From positions 1 through 37,876 of IMG/VR virus record IMGVR_UViG_3300047994_000092: DNA of 37,876 bases; one strand, 5' to 3'. Source of the DNA: a virus. This document shows, one piece after another, positions 21,658-29,644 of the stretch. Under the pieces are notes generated by a model, which was given only the letters and a program-made list of their open reading frames with translations, did not search any database and had not been told where the DNA came from. Position numbers and translations under genes: made by a program. The first letter of the stretch is position 1. The number at the start of each line of letters is the position of its first letter.

Positions 21658-22050
21658 TCAGGTGAAAGTGAAAGTGTATTGAGTGCCGACAATGAATTGC
21701 GACGTTATATGCCATTCAAATGTGTTAACGCTGCCGTCGTATAGGGCTGACGCGCTTGTAAAAGTGCTGTCAATTACACCGCCTTGAATACGCATGATGG
21801 AAAATGGAAACGGAGTTGACCCACCGGGCGGCAAATCAAATCCTATCAAAATAGAAGGCGCCACAAGTGGCACCGGCGTATTTGTGCGGGTTGCTAATCC
21901 ATATAGCGGCTTCCCGCCTGCGAGCGGCGGATTAGGGGCGACGCCACCGACGCCAAAATAAAACCCGGTAAATTGCCCATTGACGGCAGCGGTAACGCGA
22001 ACCACCCCGCCGCCGCCACTCATAAGCAACCCTTGATGGCCGCCGCTCAC
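21658..22050 (-). CDS. Hypothetical 130-aa protein downstream of the tail fibre (fibre accessory/assembly candidate), low GC
   Basis: GTG at 22050 overlaps the fibre stop as GTGA (alternative ATG at 22023). Shares the low-GC island with the distal tail-fibre region. Confidence 0.5.
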   Translation of the reverse strand: MSGGHQGLLMSGGGGVVRVTAAVNGQFTGFYFGVGGVAPNPPLAGGKPLYGLATRTNTPVPLVAPSILIGFDLPPGGSTPFPFSIMRIQGGVIDSTFTSASALYDGSVNTFEWHITSQFIVGTQYTFTFT

Positions 22051-24023
22051 GATACCCCCGGCCCGCTGATATATGCCACCGTCGGGGTGTTATACCAAAT
22101 GGTAGCAATACCGTTTCGGGCAAGCGTGCGCGGCCCCGTTAATGTCGTACCCGCCAGCGTCAGCGTAATACCGACCGGCGTTAGGGTTATGGGCGTTGTC
22201 TGCACGTTCAAAACACTATGCACCGCGCCCGTCGTGCTGACCGGAATATCAATCGCACCGCCGACGACATCCATCGTCCCGCGAATCCAATTCGGGAAAC
22301 CGGAAACCGGAATATCTCGCCAGCCTACTTCGTTCCCGGCATAAGTGAATACGCCGGCCCCGCTAATGCTGGCGCGCGTGACGTTGTTCGTCATGAAGTC
22401 GAGAATTGTGTCGCCAATCGTGCCAAGAATGGCGCGCCCGACCACTGCGGTAAAAAACGCCGTGCGGGTGCCGGCGATATTTATGTCAAAAATTGCCTGA
22501 TTGATTCCGGCGCCGCCTGCTGAAATTGTGCGGGTATCGGCGCCATAGCTCGCTTGCGGCGCGCCCACATTAAAGTCCCCGCTCGGAGAAAATCTGCCGC
22601 GCTCAAGGCCATTTGTGTGGAACGTTGTGAACCCGCCGAATCCAGCTAGTCCAGCAGTTATCCGCAATTCGCCGCTATCCAATTGCATACCAACTGAGCC
22701 AAACTGTGTAGCGCCCCCAGGCGCGCAAAACGCCATGCCGCGATACGCGGCATTCGTCGGTGTCTCAACCTGCACCCAGGCCGGGCCGGATGCGGCAGCC
22801 ACTACGAGTTTTTGATTCGGGGCAGCGGTGCCGATACCAACATTCCCGACCGAATCAATGCGCATGCGTTCGGCGCTGGTCAGAAGATCATATACAGTCC
22901 AGGCATTTGCGGCCACCCCAATGCCTGTCCCGACCCCCCAATCGCCGAGGGTTGTTTTTGATCTGAAATAGGCTTGCGATGTAATATCGTTTTGCGCAAT
23001 TATTACTGCCGGCGCCCCTGGTTTGAATATGTGCAACCGCGCATTTGCATCGGGTGTGTCTGTGCCAATGCCAACGTTTCCGTTGCTAGTAATTCGCATT
23101 TTTTCAGAGCCGGCAACGTATAGCGCAACGCGCGGCACAATTCCTGAGCCGTTCCAGCTTATTAGCTCAATCGCCGAGAAAGTACCAGACGAAACCCCGG
23201 CTTGAACAACAATGCTCGATTGATCTGCCGGTGTCTGAATAAAAAACGGAGACTGTGATGCAACGTCACGCGAAAATCGTATAGCGTCATTTCCGTTTGT
23301 GTGGATATGCAGCTTCGAGGTTGGGGCTGTCAGACCGATACCAATATTCCCGTTTCCGCCAAGAATCGACAAGCGAATGCCACCGCCCGGCGCCGCGTCA
23401 TTGATAAATAGGTGCGGCAAGCCGGCCGGGCTGACAATATCCCATGAGCTGACGCCGCTTTGCCCCAGGTGGAAAAATGGCGCGACCCCGTTCGGCGTAA
23501 CCGACGAAACCGCGCCGCCTGAACTGATCGCGCCGCCCGCGTCAATCGTCAGGCCAACTGTTAGAAGGCCGCTAACTGTTAGATTACCCGGCCCCGCCAG
23601 CGTGCCACCCACCAGCGGCAGATATTCGCCCACCAGCTTGCCGTCCACATAGCCCTTGGGCACCAGGTCATTGGCATCGACAGGCGGGCCTGCCCAGCGC
23701 GGGGTGGTGGTGAACAGGGCGGTGGCCGCCGAGATCGTGAAGCGCTCGATGCCGGCCACCGAGAAGCCCAGCACGCCGGCCGCCTGGCGATAGAGGCCGC
23801 TGGTGGTCTCCGCGCTGAAGGACAGGGCCGGCGCCACCGGGGTGCCGGTCGTGAGCAGAAGGGGGGCCAGCATCGAGCCGCGCCCGTTGCGGTCCAGGCT
23901 CTCGGTCAGCGCCGCGCCCAGGTCGGCCATCGTGGTGTTGGCCCACACCGATTCAATCAGGGTGCCAGTCACCACCGGGTTGCCGGTGGGGAGCGAATAG
24001 GTGCCGCTGCTGTTGCGTGGCAT
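22047..24023 (-). CDS. Tail fibre protein (658 aa from ATG 24023)
   Basis: GGAG SD upstream of the start. N-terminus MPRNSSGTYSLPTGNPVVTGTLIESVWANTTMADLGAALTESLDRNG is typical of phage tail fibres. Repeated GN(I/V)GIG(T/L)..P..KL motifs. Confidence 0.75.
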   Translation of the reverse strand: MPRNSSGTYSLPTGNPVVTGTLIESVWANTTMADLGAALTESLDRNGRGSMLAPLLLTTGTPVAPALSFSAETTSGLYRQAAGVLGFSVAGIERFTISAATALFTTTPRWAGPPVDANDLVPKGYVDGKLVGEYLPLVGGTLAGPGNLTVSGLLTVGLTIDAGGAISSGGAVSSVTPNGVAPFFHLGQSGVSSWDIVSPAGLPHLFINDAAPGGGIRLSILGGNGNIGIGLTAPTSKLHIHTNGNDAIRFSRDVASQSPFFIQTPADQSSIVVQAGVSSGTFSAIELISWNGSGIVPRVALYVAGSEKMRITSNGNVGIGTDTPDANARLHIFKPGAPAVIIAQNDITSQAYFRSKTTLGDWGVGTGIGVAANAWTVYDLLTSAERMRIDSVGNVGIGTAAPNQKLVVAAASGPAWVQVETPTNAAYRGMAFCAPGGATQFGSVGMQLDSGELRITAGLAGFGGFTTFHTNGLERGRFSPSGDFNVGAPQASYGADTRTISAGGAGINQAIFDINIAGTRTAFFTAVVGRAILGTIGDTILDFMTNNVTRASISGAGVFTYAGNEVGWRDIPVSGFPNWIRGTMDVVGGAIDIPVSTTGAVHSVLNVQTTPITLTPVGITLTLAGTTLTGPRTLARNGIATIWYNTPTVAYISGPGVS

Positions 24024-24033
24024 GGTGTTCTCC

Positions 24034-25761
24034 TTACTTCTGGTCGGCGCGCATCGCCGCAGCGCGGCCACCGGCCAGGATGGCCTCGGGGCCGTACTCT
24101 TGAACGAACCGCACAGCGATGGCGGGCAGAACCCCCTGGGCCACCAGCGCATCGACAGCGGGCTGGAAGCCCTGGGTGGCGAACACCTGGCCGGGGCGGC
24201 TGTAGAGGGCATGAGATCCAGCCAGGCCGGCGCCGCCCAGCATCAGGCCGGTGGTGTTGCCGGTGGCCGCCCCAAGGCCGATGCTGCCCAATGCGCCGCC
24301 CAGCATGGCGCGGCCGGTGGTGCCCGAATCCGGCACGCGATCGGGTAGCACCTCCTGGGCATCGCGCGTCAGCGCATTCAGCCTGCCGAATGGCGAATTG
24401 CCTTGGCCCTGCTGAAAGCGGGTGGCGCGGTTGTTCAGGCTCTTGTCCTGCTGCTCGATCGAGCGGCGCAGCGCGCGGGGCGTGAAGCGGCCGGTGGTCT
24501 CGGCGTTCTGAGATCCGGCGCGGCCGGCTGCGTTGTCCACCGGCAGGAAACCACGATAGGCTGCATCGGCCTCGCGCAGCGCGGTGCCGGCGCCGCGCCC
24601 CGACAGGTTGCCCAGGTCGGTCAGGGATTGCCGCCATTGGCCATGAATTTGCTGCATCGCCTCGCCCAGCGCGCGGTCCTCGGCATTGGCTGACGATAGG
24701 AGCCGGCCGTATGCCTTGCCCATGTCGGACTCGATGCGCTTGGCGATCTCGGGCGTCAGGTTTTGCGCACGGTCCAGAAGGTTCTGCTGCACGTACTCGG
24801 TCAGGCGCCGCTGCGAGTCCTGCGACAGCCCCAGCGCCGGATCCCTGGCCGCGTTGCTGGTGGCCTGGATGATCGGGGCGTGATCCACGTGGAACTGCGC
24901 CGGCATGCGGGACAGTGCGCGGTCATATTGGGCGCTGATCGAGTCGCGCGCCGCTGCGATGGCCTCATCACCGATGCCGCGCACGCCGGGGGCCACGTTC
25001 TGGATCGCGGCCTGGTTGAATTCGTCCACCGCGCGGCCACGCGCATTCTTGATGGCGCCGCCGATGAAGGGGATGCTGCTCAGACCCTCCTCCAGCTTGT
25101 TGCCGATGCCGCCCACCACCTGGCCCATTGTCGGCTGGATGCCGCGATCCATCAGGCGCTGGGCCTCGGGCGTGATCAGCGGGCGCACAGCGCCGCCCAG
25201 CACCCGATTGATGCCCAGCCCTATGCCGGATCCGATCGCGCCCTCCTTGGCCCCTTTGACCCCCTCGCCGGGTGCGGATGTGATGGCGCCCAGGCCGGCG
25301 CCCGCGCCAAGCTCACCAGCCAGGCGCGTGGCCGCAGCCCACGCCAGCGGCAAGGCGCGCGTGCCTAGCTGAAGCCCCTTGGTGATGGCGCCGCCTGGCG
25401 CCATCAGGGTCAGCGCTTGCGCGCCACCGCCGCCGACAGCGCCGGCCGTGCCGCTCTCCTCATCGAAAGCCTTGGCGCGGCGGATCCGCTCCGGGTTGAT
25501 GCCCTTGCTGCCCAGCTTCTGGTCCACCCAATCGCCCGCGTCCTGCACCGATTGCGGAAGCCTGCTCTTGAGGTTGAAAGCCAGCTGATCCAGGTAGCTG
25601 CTTGCTCCACCGGCGCCGCGCTCCAGCGCGCCCATCTGCGACACATCGCCGCCCGCGTAGGCGTCGGCGTCGGCCTTCTGGCGCGGATCCACGGCGGTGC
25701 CCGCCTTGGCCTCCAGTTCGGCCAGCCGGCGCAGTGCGTCGAGTTCTTCGCGCGGGGTCAT
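24034..25761 (-). CDS. Gly/Ala-rich 575-aa virion (internal/tail-associated) protein
   Basis: Long ORF in the structural operon between other tail-module genes. No catalytic motif recognised. Confidence 0.55.
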   Translation of the reverse strand: MTPREELDALRRLAELEAKAGTAVDPRQKADADAYAGGDVSQMGALERGAGGASSYLDQLAFNLKSRLPQSVQDAGDWVDQKLGSKGINPERIRRAKAFDEESGTAGAVGGGGAQALTLMAPGGAITKGLQLGTRALPLAWAAATRLAGELGAGAGLGAITSAPGEGVKGAKEGAIGSGIGLGINRVLGGAVRPLITPEAQRLMDRGIQPTMGQVVGGIGNKLEEGLSSIPFIGGAIKNARGRAVDEFNQAAIQNVAPGVRGIGDEAIAAARDSISAQYDRALSRMPAQFHVDHAPIIQATSNAARDPALGLSQDSQRRLTEYVQQNLLDRAQNLTPEIAKRIESDMGKAYGRLLSSANAEDRALGEAMQQIHGQWRQSLTDLGNLSGRGAGTALREADAAYRGFLPVDNAAGRAGSQNAETTGRFTPRALRRSIEQQDKSLNNRATRFQQGQGNSPFGRLNALTRDAQEVLPDRVPDSGTTGRAMLGGALGSIGLGAATGNTTGLMLGGAGLAGSHALYSRPGQVFATQGFQPAVDALVAQGVLPAIAVRFVQEYGPEAILAGGRAAAMRADQK

Positions 25762-25762
25762 C

Positions 25763-26824
25763 TCAGCGCCCCAGCTTCTGCTTCAGGGCGGCCATTTCAG
25801 CGGCCTCCTGCGGAGAGAGTTCGCCGGCCGCGTCATCGCCCCAGCTGCCGGTGGCGCCACCCTCGCGCTTGGGCGGGGGTGGGGGCGCTGCCGCTGGCTT
25901 GCGCCAGCGCGGATCGGTCACGATGTTCTCGGGGTTCAGCTGGCGGCGAGTGCCCTTCTCCACGTACTGCTGACCGATCTGGCGCATGCCGGTCTCGGCC
26001 TGCTGCGCCAAGCGGCCGGCCGTGCCCAGCATCTCCGCGCGCTGCTGCGGGTTCAGCCGGGTGCCCTGCATGGCGCCGTTGTAGGCGTTGCGGATCCGCT
26101 CCGGGATGCCGGCCGCGTTCTGCGCCGTGGCGAATTCGCCCTCACGCACCACGCTGCCAGGGTCCAGCATTTTCATGTAGCTGTAGATGAAAGCGATATC
26201 GCTGGGCGCGTCGGTTTTCTGTGCGATCGATTGCAGGTTTTGGAAGGAGCCAAGCACCATCTGGTGGGTCTTGGTTTCCTTGTTGAAATCGTCCAGCATC
26301 CGGTCCTCTACCGTCCAGTTGCGCGCGTCCTGGGCGGCTGCGCGGCCAGCGCCAGCTGCACCCAGCGCAGCGCGGCGATCGGCCGAAGCCTGGCGGCGGT
26401 CCTCGCTGCGCCGTTCGTCCTCCTGGATCTTGCGCGCGGCCTCGGCTTTGCCGGTCTGGAGCCGGGTCAGTTCGGCCTCCTGCTTCTCGGTCAGATAGTC
26501 GGGGTTGTAGGTGAATTTGCCGGTGATCTGGTCGGCGGATCCGCGCTCACTTACCTTGGGCTGGCGCGCCGCAATGGCGTTTTTCAGCACCAGGCCGCCC
26601 ACATCGCCGGCCGTCTTGCCGCCACTCAGCGCGCCCAGCAGGCCCAGCGCATAGTCGCGCTCGTTGCCGGTCTGCCTGGCGTCTTGCTCTTCGGGCGAAT
26701 ACATGGGCGCCTGCGGCCTGGCCATGCGCTCCTGCTGCGCGCGGATCATGGCGTCATATTCGGCCATCGGATCCACTGGCGGCAGGCCGCGCGCCAGCGG
26801 AAAATTGGTGTTCTGCACAGGCAT
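25763..26824 (-). CDS. 353-aa virion-module protein
   Basis: ATG at 26824 lies 2 nt after the upstream stop. The tracked 74-aa N-terminal extension overlaps the upstream gene and is rejected. Confidence 0.55.
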   Translation of the reverse strand: MPVQNTNFPLARGLPPVDPMAEYDAMIRAQQERMARPQAPMYSPEEQDARQTGNERDYALGLLGALSGGKTAGDVGGLVLKNAIAARQPKVSERGSADQITGKFTYNPDYLTEKQEAELTRLQTGKAEAARKIQEDERRSEDRRQASADRRAALGAAGAGRAAAQDARNWTVEDRMLDDFNKETKTHQMVLGSFQNLQSIAQKTDAPSDIAFIYSYMKMLDPGSVVREGEFATAQNAAGIPERIRNAYNGAMQGTRLNPQQRAEMLGTAGRLAQQAETGMRQIGQQYVEKGTRRQLNPENIVTDPRWRKPAAAPPPPPKREGGATGSWGDDAAGELSPQEAAEMAALKQKLGR

Positions 26825-26826
26825 GA

Positions 26827-27159
26827 TCAGACCCCCACGCAAATGGCGCCGTTCGCCGCGCGTGGCGTGCCGGCCAGGTAGAAGGCGATGGGCTCCGTGG
26901 CCGCGATGATCATGCGGCCGGCCGCATTGAAGGGGATCCCGCGCATGTAGCCGGCCACCGGGCCCACATTGGTGGCACTCAGCGCGCCGCTGGCGCTCAA
27001 GCCGATGCCGCCGAAATAGAACCCTGGGTTGACGTTGGCCAGGCACAGCGCGCCGTCATTGCGCAGCGGGGTGGCGCCGTCGCCGAACTGCTGCGGGGCA
27101 GCAGCCGACACCATCACGCGGCCGGCCGCGTTGTAGCGAAGCATGCCAGCGGTCAGCAT
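26827..27159 (-). CDS. 110-aa protein with an internal two-fold repeat (start 27159 or 27174)
   Basis: AAGGGG lies 6 nt upstream of ATG 27159. Repeats YNAAGRVMVSAAAP...NDGALCL and FNAAGRMIIAATEP...ANGAICV. Confidence 0.5.
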   Translation of the reverse strand: MLTAGMLRYNAAGRVMVSAAAPQQFGDGATPLRNDGALCLANVNPGFYFGGIGLSASGALSATNVGPVAGYMRGIPFNAAGRMIIAATEPIAFYLAGTPRAANGAICVGV

Positions 27160-27160
27160 G

Positions 27161-27640
27161 TCATTCCCCTTCATCGCCCAGGTGCGGGCTGGTGCGCTTG
27201 GCACCGGTCAGCGCATCCAGGTACTTGGCATTGCCGGCACGCATGCGGTTGTTGATGCCCTCGCGCCTGTAGTCGCTCTGCTGGTCCATCTGGCCGGCCT
27301 GGTAGCCGCTATACAGGTCTGCCGCCAGGTTGGCGATCGTCGGCGGGATGTAGACGCGCCCCACCTGCTTGCCTTGCATCTGGCCCTTGGCATCCTTGCG
27401 CAGCTGGTCGGCCATCTTCTGGCTGCGATCCACCTGGCCAAGCTCATCCTCCATGCCGCCCTGGGCCAGCATCATGGCCGCCAGTTCGGGCGGGATCTGG
27501 TAGGGCGTGCGCGCAGCGGACCCAGGAGCCGCTGGACCGGTGGGCTGGGGCCCACCCATGGACAAGGGTGCTGGAGGGGCTTGTGGGCCCATCTGAGGGC
27601 CCAGGCGACCCGGTGGCAGCTGGTAGGGGTTCATGGCCAT
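27161..27640 (-). CDS. 159-aa Pro/Gln-rich virion-module protein
   Basis: AGGAG SD. ORF in the structural operon. Confidence 0.5.
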   Translation of the reverse strand: MAMNPYQLPPGRLGPQMGPQAPPAPLSMGGPQPTGPAAPGSAARTPYQIPPELAAMMLAQGGMEDELGQVDRSQKMADQLRKDAKGQMQGKQVGRVYIPPTIANLAADLYSGYQAGQMDQQSDYRREGINNRMRAGNAKYLDALTGAKRTSPHLGDEGE

Positions 27641-27652
27641 GGTCTTGGCTCC

Positions 27653-29197
27653 TTACAGACGGTCGTATTCGACGCGCAGGATCCCGCTGTCCGCGTGGAC
27701 CACGTGCGGCATGTAGCGGCGCACCTCCTGGGCCATCACGCCCACCCGGATGCCGCGCTCTCCGATATAGCGGTAGGTGTAGACGCCGAAGCCGCGCGGG
27801 TGGCGGCCGATGCGCTTGATGCTGGTCTTGACGCGCCGATCGGATGGCTTGCCCAGGTAGGCCGCGCCCATCTGGCCGGCCGCGCCCATCAGCTGACCGA
27901 ACAGGCCGCTGCTGGCGTTCTGCTGGTCCATGGCCGCGCTGTACTGGTTCTGCGCCGCGCCGGTGTAGTCCACGCCCTGGCCCTGGCCGGCCTGGTTGTA
28001 GCCAGCGAATTGAGGCATGCCCACCTGCTGGCCGCTGATGATGGCGTTGATCTCGTTCAGGCTGAAGCCGCGCTGCTGCATCTGCTCCGCGATCTGCTGC
28101 TGGCGCATCTGGTTCTGGAACTGAGCGGCCTGAAGGTTCTGCTGGAAATTCTGGTTGCCGGCCGCCTGCTGCTGGCCGAAAGCCTGCTGCTGCTGCCCCA
28201 TGCCGTAGGTGCCCGCGCCAAGCTGCTGGTTGTATAGCTGCTGCTGTGCCGACAGCTGGCCCTGGCGTGCTTGTTCGCCCATGCTGAAGCCCTGGCCAAG
28301 CGCCGCGTTGTTGCCCTGACCGGCCTGCATGCGCTGGCTGAAATCCTGGTTCTGCGCCGCATTGGCAAACTGGCCCTGCTGGCCGATCTCGCCCACCTGC
28401 TGCTGGCGCAGCCCAATGTCCATGCCATAGTTGCGCTGGGCCTCGGCACCGGCGCCGGTGATCGCAGCCATCTGCGCCTGGTTATAGGCATCGTTGCGGC
28501 TGTTGCCGAAGTCGCGCATGGCGTTGGAATACGCCGCGCTGTTCATGCTGATGCCCTTGTTGGCCAGGTCGCTGTCCATCGATGCCTGGCGCTGCTGCCA
28601 CTGCGGATCCAGCCGGCTGGTGGCGCTCTGATAAATCGCGTCCTCGGCCTTCTGGCGCTGCGCGGCGGATCCAGCCACATCCTGCACGCCACCGAAGTTC
28701 AGGCCCTGCTGCACATTACCGGCGCCAGCGCCCAGGTTGGTGTTCAGCCCAGGGGTCTGCTGGCGGCTGGTGTCGGTGTTCTGCACGCGCGGGCCGCCGA
28801 AGCCGTAGGGGCTGGTGTATTGCTGCAAGTTGCCGGCCTGCGGGGCCTGGGCCCAGGGCTGCGCCTGGCTCCAATCCATCGCCTGGCCAAACTCCTGCTG
28901 TGCGCGCGGCATCAGACTGTTGGCCAGGTCGCTGCGTCCGCTTTGAAGCGCCAGCTGCGAATCGAGCGCGTGCTGGGCGTCAGGGTTCAGATTGGTGGTC
29001 TGGCTCCATTGCGTGACAGGCTTGCCGGTCGCCGGATCCACCTGCTGGCTGCTGCTCCAGGTCTCACTGCCCCAGGGGCTGTACTGGTTCGCGCGGTTGG
29101 CCCAGGTCTGTTGCGTCAGCTGGTCCTGCTGGCTGGCGGCCGTCTTCTCGGCGGCTGCGGTGTAGTCGGGTGCAGGGGGTGCAGACTTCTTGCCCAT
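27653..29197 (-). CDS. Q/N-rich 514-aa fibre/needle-like protein with a C-terminal intramolecular chaperone (Peptidase S74-type) domain
   Basis: AGGAG SD. The C-terminus SDRRVKTSIKRIG...GVYTYRYIGE...VGVMAQEV matches the S74 autoproteolytic chaperone signature (SDRRxK..I). The body is Gln-rich low complexity. Confidence 0.65.
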   Translation of the reverse strand: MGKKSAPPAPDYTAAAEKTAASQQDQLTQQTWANRANQYSPWGSETWSSSQQVDPATGKPVTQWSQTTNLNPDAQHALDSQLALQSGRSDLANSLMPRAQQEFGQAMDWSQAQPWAQAPQAGNLQQYTSPYGFGGPRVQNTDTSRQQTPGLNTNLGAGAGNVQQGLNFGGVQDVAGSAAQRQKAEDAIYQSATSRLDPQWQQRQASMDSDLANKGISMNSAAYSNAMRDFGNSRNDAYNQAQMAAITGAGAEAQRNYGMDIGLRQQQVGEIGQQGQFANAAQNQDFSQRMQAGQGNNAALGQGFSMGEQARQGQLSAQQQLYNQQLGAGTYGMGQQQQAFGQQQAAGNQNFQQNLQAAQFQNQMRQQQIAEQMQQRGFSLNEINAIISGQQVGMPQFAGYNQAGQGQGVDYTGAAQNQYSAAMDQQNASSGLFGQLMGAAGQMGAAYLGKPSDRRVKTSIKRIGRHPRGFGVYTYRYIGERGIRVGVMAQEVRRYMPHVVHADSGILRVEYDRL

Positions 29198-29206
29198 AAC
29201 TGTCTC

Positions 29207-29644
29207 CTAATGCAGCTTGCCAAGCCAGCGGCATTCAGCGCGCAACATGCGCATCACCACCAGGTCAGCATCGAGGCCACCGTCCGGGATCCGCATCACC
29301 TCGCGGAAGCCGACGCGCTCACAGAAGCCCAGCGATCCGGTGTTCAGGCTGTCCACCATCACCAGCACCGCATTGCAGTTGGCGGTCTTGAAGGCATAGC
29401 CGAAGGACTCGCGGATGATTCGGGCGCTGAACATCTCGGGCCGCTGGATGACGATGTGCATGCAGCAGGTGCGGCCGATAAAACCGTTGTAGCCGATGGC
29501 CACGCCCACGTGATCCATGTTGGACACCAGGCCGGTCATTTCATCGGGCACATACAGCACGCCCCTGAAGTCCTCGCTCCAATGGATGCCCAGCCGGTCG
29601 TGGAAGAAGGCATGCACAAACTTGCGATCGTCGGTCTGGATCAC
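29207..29644 (-). CDS. GNAT-like acetyltransferase fold protein (145 aa, GTG start)
   Basis: GTG 29644 overlaps the upstream stop as GTGA. ARIIRESFGYAFKTANCNAVLVMVDSLNTGSLGFCERVGFREV resembles the GNAT motif A/B region. Confidence 0.45.
   Translation of the reverse strand: MIQTDDRKFVHAFFHDRLGIHWSEDFRGVLYVPDEMTGLVSNMDHVGVAIGYNGFIGRTCCMHIVIQRPEMFSARIIRESFGYAFKTANCNAVLVMVDSLNTGSLGFCERVGFREVMRIPDGGLDADLVVMRMLRAECRWLGKLH

Noticed and set aside
21658-24212. Diversity-generating retroelement near the tail fibre, as in some temperate podoviruses of similar layout
   Set aside because: I found no reverse-transcriptase-like ORF (no YxDD-containing candidate) and no template/variable repeat pair next to the fibre 3' end.
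24023-24212. 63-codon N-terminal extension of the tail fibre ORF
   Set aside because: It overlaps the upstream 575-aa gene. ATG 24023 has a GGAG SD and yields a canonical fibre N-terminus.
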